Source of the DNA: Octopus sinensis
Lineage: Eukaryota
Assembly (NCBI RefSeq): GCF_006345805.1
Contig: NC_043005.1
Coordinates: forward strand, 3,596,001 to 3,660,000
DNA length: 64,000 nucleotides
Direction of reading: 5' to 3'
Shown here one piece after another: positions 37,212 to 50,001 of the stretch; positions within the stretch are counted from its first letter, which is position 1; each line of letters begins with the position of its first letter. The position numbers and the translations under genes are program-made. The notes beneath the pieces were generated by a model. It was given only the letters and a program-made list of their open reading frames with translations. It had not been told where the DNA came from and did no database searches.

Positions 37212-38769
37212 ATATGCACTCACATATACACACATATAGAGAGAAGAGACTTATACAAATGTGTGAGAGGGAGAAGGGGAGAGAGGAGGAGGGGGGAGGG
37301 CAAATGTTGTCAGACAGCAAAGTCATCGAAACAGCTGACAAAAAGAAAAAAAGCCAGTGATGTCATTAATTTTACTTCCATAAGTAGGAGGATGGGTGGG
37401 GGTCGTTGGTAAGGTGGATGGAGGCGGAGGGAGGAGGCAGAAGTGGGGGATGCACTCTTGTTTAATCCAGGTTGACTATGATTAAGCACACCTATCCAAC
37501 TATGACCATCCCATCTTTTACTGACATAACATACTCACTAGCTTACATTATTTTCGGGACTGTTTCTCAAAAATACAATTTAAGGAAATTTGGCTGCTAT
37601 TTCTAGCATGTTGAGTGACGACATAGAAACTCACTGCTAGGCAATGTGGCTCTGTTGTTGTTTAACAGTCCTGATCAAGGACATCCTATCCATGACAATC
37701 CAACTGGCTTTTTCCTTTTTTTTTCCCTTTTTTCATGGACCATGTACAAAGGACTCCATTGTATACTTTTTCTCTCTAAGGTTAAAAATAGCAGCTACAT
37801 TCCTTTCTAATCTTATGATAAGCTATGTGTGTGTGAAGGCTGAGTCATTGTTGTTGTTGATGTTAGAGCAGCCCTGGTTGAACAAACTCACAGTGAAAGG
37901 CGTTCCGGTGATGACTGCCCGGTACTTCAGTCAGGTTTGTGTATCTAGGACTACCTTACACAATGCCCCTTTTTCAAGTTGGTAAGGCTTCGTTCATGTT
38001 CAAAGCACAAGGAGGGTTTTTGTTCTTTTTTTATTATCGTGGATCCTCCAGTTGTAAATGACAAGTAAGGGTTACAAAACTCCTTGCTGAAGAGAAGGCT
38101 TGCTTATAGCGATCGAACATAGGTGCAGGCATGGCTGCGTTCATAAGGTGCTTGCTTCCCAACCACATGGTTCTGGGTTCAATCCCACTGCTTGGCACCC
38201 TGACCAAGTGTTTTCCACCAAAGCCTCAAGTTGATCAAAGCCTTGTGAGTGGATTTGGTTGACAGAAACTGAAAGAAGCCTGTTGTGGATGTGTGTGTGT
38301 GTGTGTGCGTGTGTGCATGTGCGCGAGTGTGTGTGTGTGTCCTTGTCTTGACATTGCTTGAAGGTTGTAAATGAGTGTCACTGTCATACAAGTGGTGTCA
38401 TTTTTTCAATATTTTGCCGGTGGCACATAAAAAACACCCACTACACTCTCGGAGTGGTTGGCGTTAGGAAGGGCATCCAGCTGTAGAAACACTGCCAGAT
38501 CAGATTGGAGTCTGGCACAGCCTACTGGCTTCCCAGACCCCAATTGAACCATCCAACCCATGCCAGCATGGAAAACAGACGTTAAACAGTGATGATGATG
38601 ATGAACAAGTCTGACCATGAGGTAAATATTACCTTGTTTGGAAACAGGTGAGAGTCTGCAACAGGAAGAGCATCCTGCCGTTGAAAACCTGCCTTGGATA
38701 AACTCTCTCCAACCCATGCATTCATGGAGAAGCAGACATTAAATGATTATTATTTTATATATGCAACCG

Positions 38770-38966
38770 CGTGTGTATTGTTGGCAATTTTTTTCTCCTC
38801 CGTGTTCCCTTCCATGGATCCTTCCTTTTCTATGTTTCTGACAAAGAGCTCCGCTCGAAACGTTAAATCCTCTTTCTTTCCTTTCCTAAGCATCCAATAA
38901 CACTATACTTGTTCCACGTCCTCGCTGTTGTGATTTCTCTTTGTGTTTTCATGTTTCGATTAACTT

Positions 38967-38970
<4 letters not shown>
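38770..38970 (+). mobile_element. Hammerhead-bearing (Penelope-type) repeat
   Basis: tttCTGACAAagagctccgctcGAAACGTTaaa at 38835-38867 (G8 to A). Related decayed copy on the minus strand at about 42905-43010. Confidence 0.55.
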
Positions 38971-39002
<32 letters not shown>

Positions 39003-39007
<5 letters not shown>

Positions 39008-39500
39008 ATGATGGTCGTCCACTCGTGACCGATGAAGACCATTGCTGACCTTCAGGAACATTGTGCGCTCTAGAACTAGCTTATATTTTGCATTTGCGGC
39101 TCCGTTGGTGGTTAATGAGCACTACTCTTGACAAGTGCACACGACTGCAAACATTGCAGACCAAGCTTTCCCCATTCACTACACCAGCCGTGCACTTTCA
39201 AGCAGCACACTTAAGTTCTTCATGCTGAATTTGTGCTCTCTCAAAAGTGTCGACCCCCACTCCTTAACCTGCTTCCTCCATCTGTGGCATTGCTCTCCTA
39301 TTCAGTCTCTTGCATATCACAGGCCTTTAATGAGGACTTGGTAGAGCCTTGGTTTCTGTGAGGGTCTCTTTCCATTCACAAGTTCTCCATATAGCATCTG
39401 CTTAGGGATCCTGCTATCCTTCATTCTAAATAAGGTGTCCAGTGCAACGTAACCGGTACTTGTGCACCATGGCCTCAGTACTCAAGATATCAGCAACCTT
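39003..39500 (-). mobile_element. RTE (BovB-like) LINE 3' fragment
   Basis: Minus strand YRLRCTGHL..RMKDSRIPKQMLYGELVNGKR, decayed C-terminus, (TCA)n tail. Confidence 0.7.
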
Positions 39501-40329
39501 TTAATCGTTTCAGCCATTAGACTGTGGCCATGCTCAGATACCACCTTGAAGAATTCTTAGTTGAGTGAATCAACACTATATTTATTTTAGTTCCTTTTGA
39601 CGAACTGCTAAGTTATATGGACATTAACACACCAACACCAGTTGTCGAACTGTAGAGAACAAAACATACACACACAATATATATATATGTGGCAGGCTTC
39701 TTTTAGTTTCCGTCTACCAAGTCCACTCACAAAGCTCTGGTTGTCCTCAGGCTATAAGACATTTGCTCTCAAGGAGCCATGCAGTGGAACAGAACCCTGA
39801 ACCATGTGGTTAGGAAGCAAACTTCTTACCACACAGTCCAATGATGAAATCAGCTGGTCAAAACTTCGAAGTCACTGTCAACACTGTCAACTTGTTAAAG
39901 AGAAATAAATTTGTACTCTACAAAAATATAAAGCAATCCATCAGATTAATGCAAAATTGTTCTTAACTGAACATAAAAACAAACGTTAATCTTTAAAAGA
40001 TCTTTCTGTCTTGGTAAAATGAAACTCTTCAGTTCTTTGCCCTCGAAGGAATTTGCATGTCCCATAATCATTTTTCTGGGTTAAATCTGTAGAAACTGAT
40101 TGTTTAATATCTACTTAACGACTTTAAATCGTTGCATTTGGTGGCGGATTATTGCAGCTCAATAATCCTGCAATGTTTCTAGGCTTTCCATCACTTTTGC
40201 AGCTTCACAGCATTTGTTTGTTTGTTTCTTGGTGACTACCTCCATCATCACCATGACCATCACCTCTCAATTCAGGCATTTGTATTGAGAGAAACTTGAT
40301 TCCCACCTTTTTTATGTGTGTGAATGGGG

Positions 40330-40610
40330 AGGGGCTGTGTTAGTGTTGGAGGAAGTGAAATGGTAGGGGAAGGTCATGGCTGGGTTAAGGAATCCAGTCG
40401 GGGGGGGGATTATTGAGGGGAGGGGAGGAGGGAATGAGAGAAGGAGACAGGGGAAGGTAAGAGAGATTGGTGGGGAGAATGGAGAGGATAGAAAGGTGGT
40501 GGAGAGAGAGGAAGGGGAACATGGAAGAGGGTGAGAGGTTAAGGATGTGAGGGAGGAGGGAGATAAGGAGAGAGAGAGGAATGATGAGGGAGGCAGGTGG
40601 GAGGAAAAAT
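40330..40610. repeat. Polypurine (G/A-rich) low-complexity tract
   Basis: Almost exclusively G/A on the + strand with many GG/GGG runs. Confidence 0.8.
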
Positions 40611-42227
40611 TAACCACCTATAAAGAGAATAATTGGAGAGAAAAGAAACCCCAAATGCAGGAGACAGCAATTAGCAGATTCCTAAGGGCAACATCCCTTA
40701 AGTTGGTGGACACACAAGCAGATGGCAATCAGTTTCCATTGTGTGCGTGTGTGTTTTACTTCATTATTTTGTTTTAGCCTTCGCAATGAGCATTTCAGAT
40801 AATAATAATAATAATGATAAAACTAATAATAATCCTTTTTATTAAAGGCACAAGGCTTGAAATTTTGTGGGGAGGCATAAGTCGGTTACATTGACCCCAA
40901 TTCTCAGCTGGTACGCATTTCACTGACTCCAAAAGGATGAAAGGCAAAGTCAACCTCAGCAGAATTTGAACTCAGAACATAAAGGCAGACAAAATGCCGC
41001 TAAGCATTCTGCCCAGCATGCTAACAATTCTGCCAGCTTGAATAATAATAATAATAATAATAACAACAACCATTTTATAGAGACTAATGTGATCTCCAAC
41101 TTACATTATTATTTCTTAGCCAAGCTGAAAATCCATAACTCCCTTCAAATTCTAAGCTTAACTTCTTAATAATCTGTTGGTAATCTGTTGTGAATCCCTC
41201 ACGCAGCTTAAATAGTTTCCTGTCATCTCTTAAGTCACACTCTTTCAGCTTTATTTCATCATTATATTCATAGAAAACACTTTTTCTTTCTTTTATTTTC
41301 CAACAAAATCTGGTTTAACAGCAACTAGAAGGTTTGCTTTAAGACGCACCTGGTTAACGCGAAAATGAATCGTTTCATTTCTATTAAGGTTGTGTAGCCG
41401 TTAACCCTTTCAAAAACCAACCTATCTAAGACAGCCTTTGGTTCTAAAATACAAACTTCCCGTTTTAAAGTGATCTACACCAGAAGATGTTTCAACCCCA
41501 ATCGCTACTGATATTCTACAAGGCTCAAGTAAGGGCCACGATGGAATACTGCTCCTACACATCACACAAGGCAGCTGCTACTCACACACAGACATTCTGA
41601 GCCGGAGATGGCAGAATCGTTATCGCGCCGGGTGAAATACTCAGCGGTATTTTATAAGAGGACAGCGGTGGTGCCCCAGCATGGCCACGGCCTTCGGGCT
41701 AAAACATTTTTAAGGATTTTAAGGATTAAAATCTCCCATTAAAATTCCTTTTTAAACCTGTTGCTTTATGTTCCAAACACCAGTTCAAAGACAAAAGTTA
41801 TTTTACTAATGTCTTCCTTGTGTTCAAAATAAATTGAAGCAAAGGCAGTGTATTACAACAGAAATATGATCACAAAAGGCTACCTTCCCACCCAACAAAT
41901 AGTTCTTTTGAATTACCATCCTGCAAGCATTTTCCTACAGGTACCAGTTCTGAGAACTATTGTATTCATCCTAAATGTCTCCAGAGGTAATTCAACACAA
42001 CTGATTTAGATAATACACTAAAACAGACCCAAACACTAAAACAAGATATGTTATACAATACGTTACAGAAAAAATGTTTTCAACAATTTTTCCACAAACC
42101 ATATCAAGTGCCCGAGACTCATCCTGTGACTTTTCACTTTGCTTTCCTATCACACTGAATACTTACATAGCTTTCATAACTTTCATTTATTTATTTATTT
42201 ATTTATTTATTTAGACAGACAGACATG

Positions 42228-42815
42228 TTTCTTTATTGGCCACACAGGGCTGAACACAGAGGAGACAAAATAAAAAGTAGAACTTTTCTTTTTGGAAAGA
42301 AGAAGGGAGAAAATAAGGTGGGGGTCGAATTTCAATCCAAAGGGATCGTGGGTCTCTTTTTTCTTTTCTTTTTTTGTTCATAGGATTATACTCAAGGTGG
42401 CTTCGCCATTCATACGTGCGATCCTTGCTACATTCACCCATCTTTTTTTTAAACATTCACTAGGCAAAACTTCCCTCTCTACTCTCACCTTCCTCTTCAA
42501 GTGATACTTGAAGAGGTTGATGAGCTGCAGGAAAGCGTGCCTCACAAATGGTGACCACACCTGTTCACCGTCGTCTACGTAGAGCCGGAGATGTCGCAGT
42601 CTCAGCACATGTCCGCGCATCATCAACCACGGTATGCCCAGGCCTCCTTTTAAACAGTGTTGGTAGCAAACAGATCACTGGACCAATGGAACGCATCCTT
42701 TCCACAAGAAGCAGAAGAGGGTGTATTCCAGTTTCGTGATGGTAGGGTCGGGACAAGGCACGACGGTCAGGCAGTAGTAGATGGACACAATGTACATGTT
42801 CGCCATCTCCAGTCA
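42228..42815 (-). mobile_element. 5'-truncated L1/Tx1-like LINE
   Basis: ORF end LINLFKYHLKRKVRVEREVLPSECLKKRWVNVARIARMNGEATLSIIL* (stop at 42378-42380), 3' UTR with AATAAA, flanked on both sides by (GACA)n. Clade call is from resemblance only. Confidence 0.6.
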
Positions 42816-42844
42816 ACCTTTTAGGGACAGACAGACAGACAGGC

Positions 42845-42887
<43 letters not shown>

Positions 42888-45046
42888 TATATATAGTTGA
42901 AATTTACAGAAAAACAATAAAGCAAGTGTATTCGTTTGAAGCTCGGGAAGGTAAGAAAGTCTTTTAATGTTTCAACCCTTTGCTCTTCAACAGAAAAGAA
43001 CACGAGAAAATAAACAGAGTGATATTAAAAAAAAAATTGTGGATTTAGTGGTCAATCATACATATATATAGATATATACATACATGCGTGTGTGTGTGTG
43101 CAAGCACATGTGTAGCTGTCTGATATACAAGCTTGTCTCCCAACCATATGGTTCTAGGTTCAGTCCTGCTGCAGGGCACCTTAGACAAGTGTTTTCTACC
43201 ATAACCCTGCACTGACCAAAGCCTTCTAAATGCATTTGGTAGGTGGAAACTGAGAGAAGCCCAGTGGGTCTTTTTATGTGGCACCAGCACTAGGGAGGTC
43301 ACCAAGTACTTTCCAAGACTACGAACCCCAAAACAGGCAGTTTTTATGGTAGGAGAGGAGGTGTTGAAGAATGAGAGTAGAACAGACATCTTGCTGCAGG
43401 GGAGTGAAATGGTTTTGCACATTTTAGAAGAGAGGATAAAGGAGATCAGAGAGGGTCAGACAAGAGTATGATGGAGCAGAGATTTCTATGGGTGGATGCC
43501 CTTCTTGTGGCCAACACCCCTTACTTGTTTCCAGATGAGGTAATAATATCCCATTCTATGAAATAATAAACAGTGGTGATGAAGTGTTCAGGTGGCAGGA
43601 GCAACGGTGGTGGGGGGGGAGAGGGAAATAGGCAACATCTGTTAGGACTGAGGGGAGGAGGTGCAAGAGGAGAGAAACAGGGGACAAAAGATGATGAGGT
43701 TAGGGAGATATTAGCAGTACGGTGGTAACCATACTGTTGACAGGGGAAGGAGAGAGATAGACAGATAGCACGCGAGAGAGAGAGAGAAAGAGAGCATGAG
43801 AGAGAGAGAGAGAGAGAGAGAAGAGAGCATGAGAGAGAGAGAGAAATATGAGGTGTTTGGGTAGGTTGCAGGAGTGGAGAAAAAAGATAAAACAGGTGTG
43901 TTTATATGCATATATAGCGTTTGTGTGTGTGTATATATATATTAGTTATGCATTCATATGTGTACGTGTATACACACACACGCACGTATGTATGCATGCA
44001 CACACAAACCCCAACTATTGTGCAACTTTAAATCTGTCACACCTTTCCAATCGATGCAAGGTGTAAAACACACGAAAAAAGCCCCAACAGTCAATTCCAC
44101 GATTGCAAAATATTGCCATGATGTACGGTGGGAGAGAGATGGATGCAGACAATACGCTTCCCTGTCATTGCAAACAAATATAAATACTGCATAATCAATG
44201 CAAACGCTGCATTATGCATCGTCGCCAAATGCACAATCAATATCAACATGCAACATTGACTGCTCAAAACATTGCCAAAACAAACCATCGCAGACACTGT
44301 GTGCACCACACACTCAAACCCCCACCCACCTCCCATCACGTGCATCTTCAATGCCGCAAAATGCAAATATAAAAAAAAAACCAACAAAAGTGTTTCTATG
44401 TAACCACTAAACCTACTAGAAATAGCAGCCAAATTTTCCTCATAGAGATGCAGGCATGACCATGTGGTGTTAAGTTTGTTTCTCAACCACATGGTTCCAA
44501 GTTCGGTCCCACCACATGGAACCTCAAGCGTCTTCTACTATAAACTCAGCCTGACCAAAGTCTTGCAAGTGAATTCAGTAGACAAAAATTCAAAGAAGTT
44601 CGTATCGTGGGTATGTTTGTGTACACACACACACACACACACACAGACGCATATATATATATATATATATATATGTAATTGACATATTTATAGACATAAG
44701 TTACATGAGAACATAGTTTTTGTAAATTTTTATCTTTTATTTTATTTTTTGTAATTTTTTATTTGAATTAAATTATGGCTTGTACAGTAGGGTCCGGCGA
44801 ACCTTTTTACACATACTTATATGTTTAAAAAATTAAAACAGTTTTTCGTATCAAACTATGAGAAAGTGATGTAGAGGCCTGATGATTGGGGTTCTATTTT
44901 AAGAAAGGTTCCAGCAAAACACGGCGTGGTTAAGGAACCGGGAAATGAACTTCAAGAAACACGTGTAGCCGAGATATAAGTAGCAAGTATTGAATTAAAT
45001 AAAAATTCTTTTATATGGTGGGATGAAGGGGTCTACTATCTCTAAA

Positions 45047-45084
<38 letters not shown>

Positions 45085-46376
45085 CATACATACATATATA
45101 AGAGTGAGTGTGTGTGTGTCCCACCACCACTTGACAACTGATGTTGATATGATTACATCTCCATAACTTAGCAGTTCAGCAATAGAAACCGACAGAATAA
45201 ATACCAGGCTTAAAAAGAAAATATAAGTTGATTCGATTGACTGAAATATTCTTCAAGGCAGTGCCCCAGCATGGCCACAGTCTAATGACTGGAACAAGGA
45301 TAAGATACAATGGAATCCCAGTGTTTTTTGCCTGTGGTGCAGATTAAATAAAAGGGTGGTCGATGCCGGGACCACCTGAGTGACTTCCGTGCTGGTGACA
45401 CATAAAAAGCACCATCTGAACATGGCCAATGCCAGTACCCCCAGACTGGCTCGTGTGCCAGTGGCACATAAAAAGCACTATCCAAACGTGACTGATGCCA
45501 AGTGCCGCCTAACTGGCTCCTGTACCAGTGGCATGTAAAAAGCACCCACTACACTCTCAGAGTGGTTGGCATTAGGAAGGGCATCCAGCTATAGAAACAT
45601 TGCCAGATCAGACTGGAGCCTGGTGCAACCTCCTGACTTGCCAGTCCTCAGTCACACTGTCCAACCCATGCCAGCATCAAAAACGGATGTTAAACTGTGA
45701 TGATGATGATGATGATGAATGGCCCACAGCACTTGTGAGTTAAATGAGACAATGTTTCACAGTTAAAAACTTAGGAAAAAAATAATGTAAAAACACATTT
45801 GTTTCCTTTGTTCAATGAATCATATTCTCTCCTCTTCATTTGCCAGCCCTGAATGGCATCAGCAATCATGGGCCTCCTTGTCAAAGTCTGATGATTCACA
45901 ATTTTTATTGAGCAGCACTTCCGTTTGCCTTCTGCTGATTTATTTACAGTCTATTCTGCTAAGTCTCCTGCTTACTCTTAAGGCACAGAGGTGGTGTGTC
46001 TATTTAACCCTTACACAACAGGAGGGGCCTGGTTGACATGACATCAGAGCATGGCCATGCACTGATAGTTTTGTATGACATGTGGCTAAAGGCCACTCCT
46101 CCTCCAAGTCCTGTATAGCTTAGCCACAAGACCACCTTCTGCTATTTAACTCATAACTGGGACCCTTGACAGAGACAACTCCTCTTGTCAAGAACAAATT
46201 GAAAAGTAACGGTGACTGAGAACTAACCTCATACTCTCAAAAACATCTTAACTACAAGATGCAGTTTAAAATCTTTTCATACCAACCCACATCAAACTAA
46301 CCCTGGGTCTGTAATAAAAAATTCCTGAAAATTACTATTTGTAAATCTCACAACGTGAGATATTCAGCAACAGTAC

Positions 46377-46803
46377 TTTGGAGTAAAGATTGTTTACCAA
46401 CATAATATGGCAGTCCTGATTTAGGACGAATGTTGCTGTAATTTAGCCCCAGAAGACACTGTCTCCGGCTGGTTATATGACACGATCTGTGTCCTTAGCA
46501 CCCCCACTCAGCTCAAAACAATATCTGTGCATCACGATTTCTGGGTTATTTCTCTTCATCATCAAAGAATAACTGTCCAGCTATAGGTGGTGCTTCCAAA
46601 TTCCCATTTGAAATATATAGTTTTCAAAGTGAAAACTAGTCACTGATCTATAAATTAGAAAATTACTATTTGTTTGAAAATATAAGGACACAGATCGTGT
46701 CATATAGAGAGCTGGAGACAGTGTCTCCTGGGGCTAAATTACAGCAACATTCATCCTAAACCAGGACTGCCATGTTATGTTGGCAAACAATCTTTACTCC
46801 AAA
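46377..46803. repeat. ~120-bp inverted repeat pair (fold-back or MITE-like)
   Basis: 46377-46498 is the near reverse complement of 46683-46803, with a ~185-bp spacer. Confidence 0.85.
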
Positions 46804-47550
46804 AACTTCCTGTATTAATAGGATCTAAATAAAAACCTTCCATCAAAATTTCGTGTTAATTTATGTTCCCAAACATCATCTTAATGAAAAAAAGTTATTT
46901 TACTAATGACTTTATTATTTTCAAAATTAACAGAAACGAAGGTTGTGAATTTCAACAGAAATATAATAACAAAAGGGTTAAGCAAACCTATGTACAAAGA
47001 CATCCCAGCCATGACCATCCAGTCATTTTTATTTAACCACATTAAATCCCAGACTACATCATCCAATGGTGGTAGAGTACGATTTAACCCTTTTGATACC
47101 AACCCTCATGAGACTGCCCTTGGTTGTATAATAACATACTCCTTATTTTAAAGGAATCTAATTTAAAACCTTTCATCAAAATTTCATGTTAATTCATAAT
47201 CCAAACACCAGATTAATAATAAAATCATTTTACTAAATTCTTCATTGTTTTCAAAATTAAATAAATACAGTATCAACAGAAAGGGTAGAAAAAGGGTTGA
47301 TGCTTTATTCGGGGCAACTAGGACAATACTAAGGATACTAGAGAAGAGTGAAATTAGTAAATGCTTAAAAATCAGATTTTCTATGGCCCCAAATTATGTA
47401 TATTTAAAAATCCAGTGTACTTCAGTAGCCATTGCTGTGCACCATTGCAATGTGGTACCCCATTTCAGAACCAGTGCTCTGTCATCATGAAAAGGAAGAC
47501 ACACTGGATGAAAGACTCCTAGATACTCAATGCCTAATAGGAGGATGATA

Positions 47551-47960
47551 CAGTTCTGTATTTAAGAGATTTAGGAATTATGTATATTATTTACATCTGA
47601 CGGATATTTGTCCTCATCTTGTTTGTTGTTAACACGTTTCGGCTGATATACCCTCCAGCCTTCATCAGGTGTCTTGGGGAAATTTTGAACTTGGGTTCTC
47701 ATTCCTAAGCTATTTTTCAATATTATTATTATTATTATTCAGGTCACTGCCTGGAATCGAACTCGGAATCTTGGGGTTAAGAGCGCAGGCTACTAACCCC
47801 AAGATTCCAAGTTCAATTCCAGGCAATTACCTGAATAATAATAATAATAACATCGAAAAATACGTTAGGAATGAGAAATTTCCCAAGACACCTGATGAAG
47901 GCTGGAGGGTATATCAGCCGAAACATTGTGTTAACAACAAACAAGATGAGGACAAATATT
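47551..47960. mobile_element. Head-to-head palindromic dimer of a tRNA-headed, hammerhead-bearing SINE
   Basis: Left arm (minus copy) 47551-47779 and right arm (plus copy) 47775-47960, joined at the microhomology GGTTA. B box gagttcgattcc. Hammerheads at 47632-47672 (-) and 47888-47931 (+). Confidence 0.8.
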
Positions 47961-49606
47961 CATATGTAGTTCAAATTGGTTTCTATGTCTGGATGCCCTT
48001 TCAAATGCCAACTATTTAACAGTGTCCTGGGTACTTTTTAAATGGCACCAACACTAGTGGGATCACCAAATAACTTGGAAAATAAGACCCCTCAATTAAA
48101 GGCAGGGGAAGTAGTACTGAAAAGGGGTGGCTTTGTGCCAGATGTTGAGAAGTATGATAGAGGGACAGGAACAGGTATCTTGCTGTAGAGGGGATGCATG
48201 GCTAACCCAGTTGGAAAAGGAGGAAAGGTGGTGAAGAGGTAGCAGGGCCTACCCTCAAGTTACAGGAAAGTGAACGTACAAAGTGGTCCAGAGAACTGGA
48301 CAGAGTGAACGAGAAGGTAAGTTTGTGAGTGTGAAAGGAGATTGACAGACAGATAGAAACGAAGGCAGTGAATGGTGGCCCTTTTTTTTTTTTTATTTAA
48401 TTTGCTCTGAAGAAAGAGGCTGTGTCCATAGTGTTCAGTGTGACTCCTGGGACTTAACAAAAACATAAGGAGTCATCACAGAAAGTTTCTATGGCTTTCT
48501 GTGAGGACTCTTTAACATCAGAACACCAGTGTGATCATGACTGTTCCATCTATTTTACTGGTATGTCCAGAAGTCATGCAGTATACTCAACCACTTTTAA
48601 GATGGCAGACTCAGGTGTGAGAGGGTGATAGCTGACTGCTATTTTTAACCAGACAAGCAACTGCATAGAGGCGTCAAACAACATGAAGAACCAGTGAGAG
48701 AGTTTTCATGTGGTTACATGACCTCCTCAATATAGAAGTATTTAAATGCTTCTACAGCTGAGTGGAGATGGGGAAACAGGAAAATGAACACAATGAACTG
48801 AGTTCAAATATGCACTACACCAACACACACACACACACACACATGCATGTGAACATGGAAATCATATGTGGATTACTTGACCTGTTTAGAATAGCAGCCT
48901 AAAATCTCCCTCAAACCCACAACTTCTCCTCAAATAAATACATAAACACATTAGAAGGGACACATTAGGTAATGCAGTCCCAGATACACAATGTTTGAAT
49001 AAAAGATGGGGGTGGTCACAGGCTTCATGACAGAGTCGATCAATTAGAAATAACCCGGGGCTAAACACCCCCAAACCTTGCAGGTAAGTCAATTAATGAT
49101 ACACACTAAATATAGTTACATATTTAGTTTTAAGGAAGGTTAAGTTGGAGGAAAAATGCTTTGCTCGATGTAATGTGAGAAAATATTTGGCAATAACTTT
49201 CACCTTCTGACATGTTGCATAGTAACCTAGTTCAGCATTTTAACCTCATAAATATCTATTTATCTGTATCTGAATATCTGTCGAGTTCTATAAATGAGAT
49301 TGTTAAAGTACATTAAACATGGTTTCTTATTCATTCGCTCAGTCAATAGCAAGAGGGGTCGGGACTGTGGCAATAACTTCTACAGGTCTTACAAGACGAG
49401 GGAGATCAATACGTATGGAAGTTTGAATCATCATCATCATCAGCAGCAGCAGCATTGTCTTCATGGCTTCACATCTACTTTTCCATGTTTGCATGGCTGA
49501 GACAGAACTATGTTGAGTAGAGGTTTTCTATGGCCAGATGCCCTTTCTGTCCCCAATAGCACTTACTTTGTTTTCAAGGGAGGTAATAATCTCCCAGTTT
49601 ATCAAA

Positions 49607-50001
49607 TAACTAGCAGTATCGCCCGGCATTGCTCGGGTTTATTTCGACCCTTTAGAATTGGAATTTTTGGAAAGTAAAAATTTTGCATCATGTAGCTTGT
49701 TATTCTCTTTAAGTGAACGTTTTTCTGGTTGAAATACACCGAAAAATGGCGACACAGCAGTCATAAAATCGTAAAAAAAAATAGGGATTTTCATAGAAAA
49801 AAAGCACCTTTTTGATGTAAATAATTTTTGGTGTTAACATGGTCCGATTTCAATTTTTTCTTCTATGGAAGGAAGAGCAAGCCTTCTTCTATCATACTCT
49901 CAATTTTGGTCAACTTGCGCCACAAGGTCTCAGAGGAGATAGTGTTCGTTGAAGGCTACCAAACCTGCCATACACAGACAACTTCAGCTTTATATATATA
50001 G
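49607..50001 (+). mobile_element. Non-autonomous Helitron-like element
   Basis: 5' taactagcagtatcgcccggcattgctcggg with a subterminal hairpin; 3' cagacaacttcagctttatatatatag. This layout resembles Lep1-like Helitron-derived repeats. Confidence 0.6.

Noticed and set aside
39900-40260. Possible pogo/Tigger transposase C-terminal relic on the minus strand
   Set aside because: Only a vague resemblance, with no catalytic motif or TIR identified.
44879-44925. CTGATGA followed by a downstream GAAA
   Set aside because: No stems I-III can be formed around the motifs.
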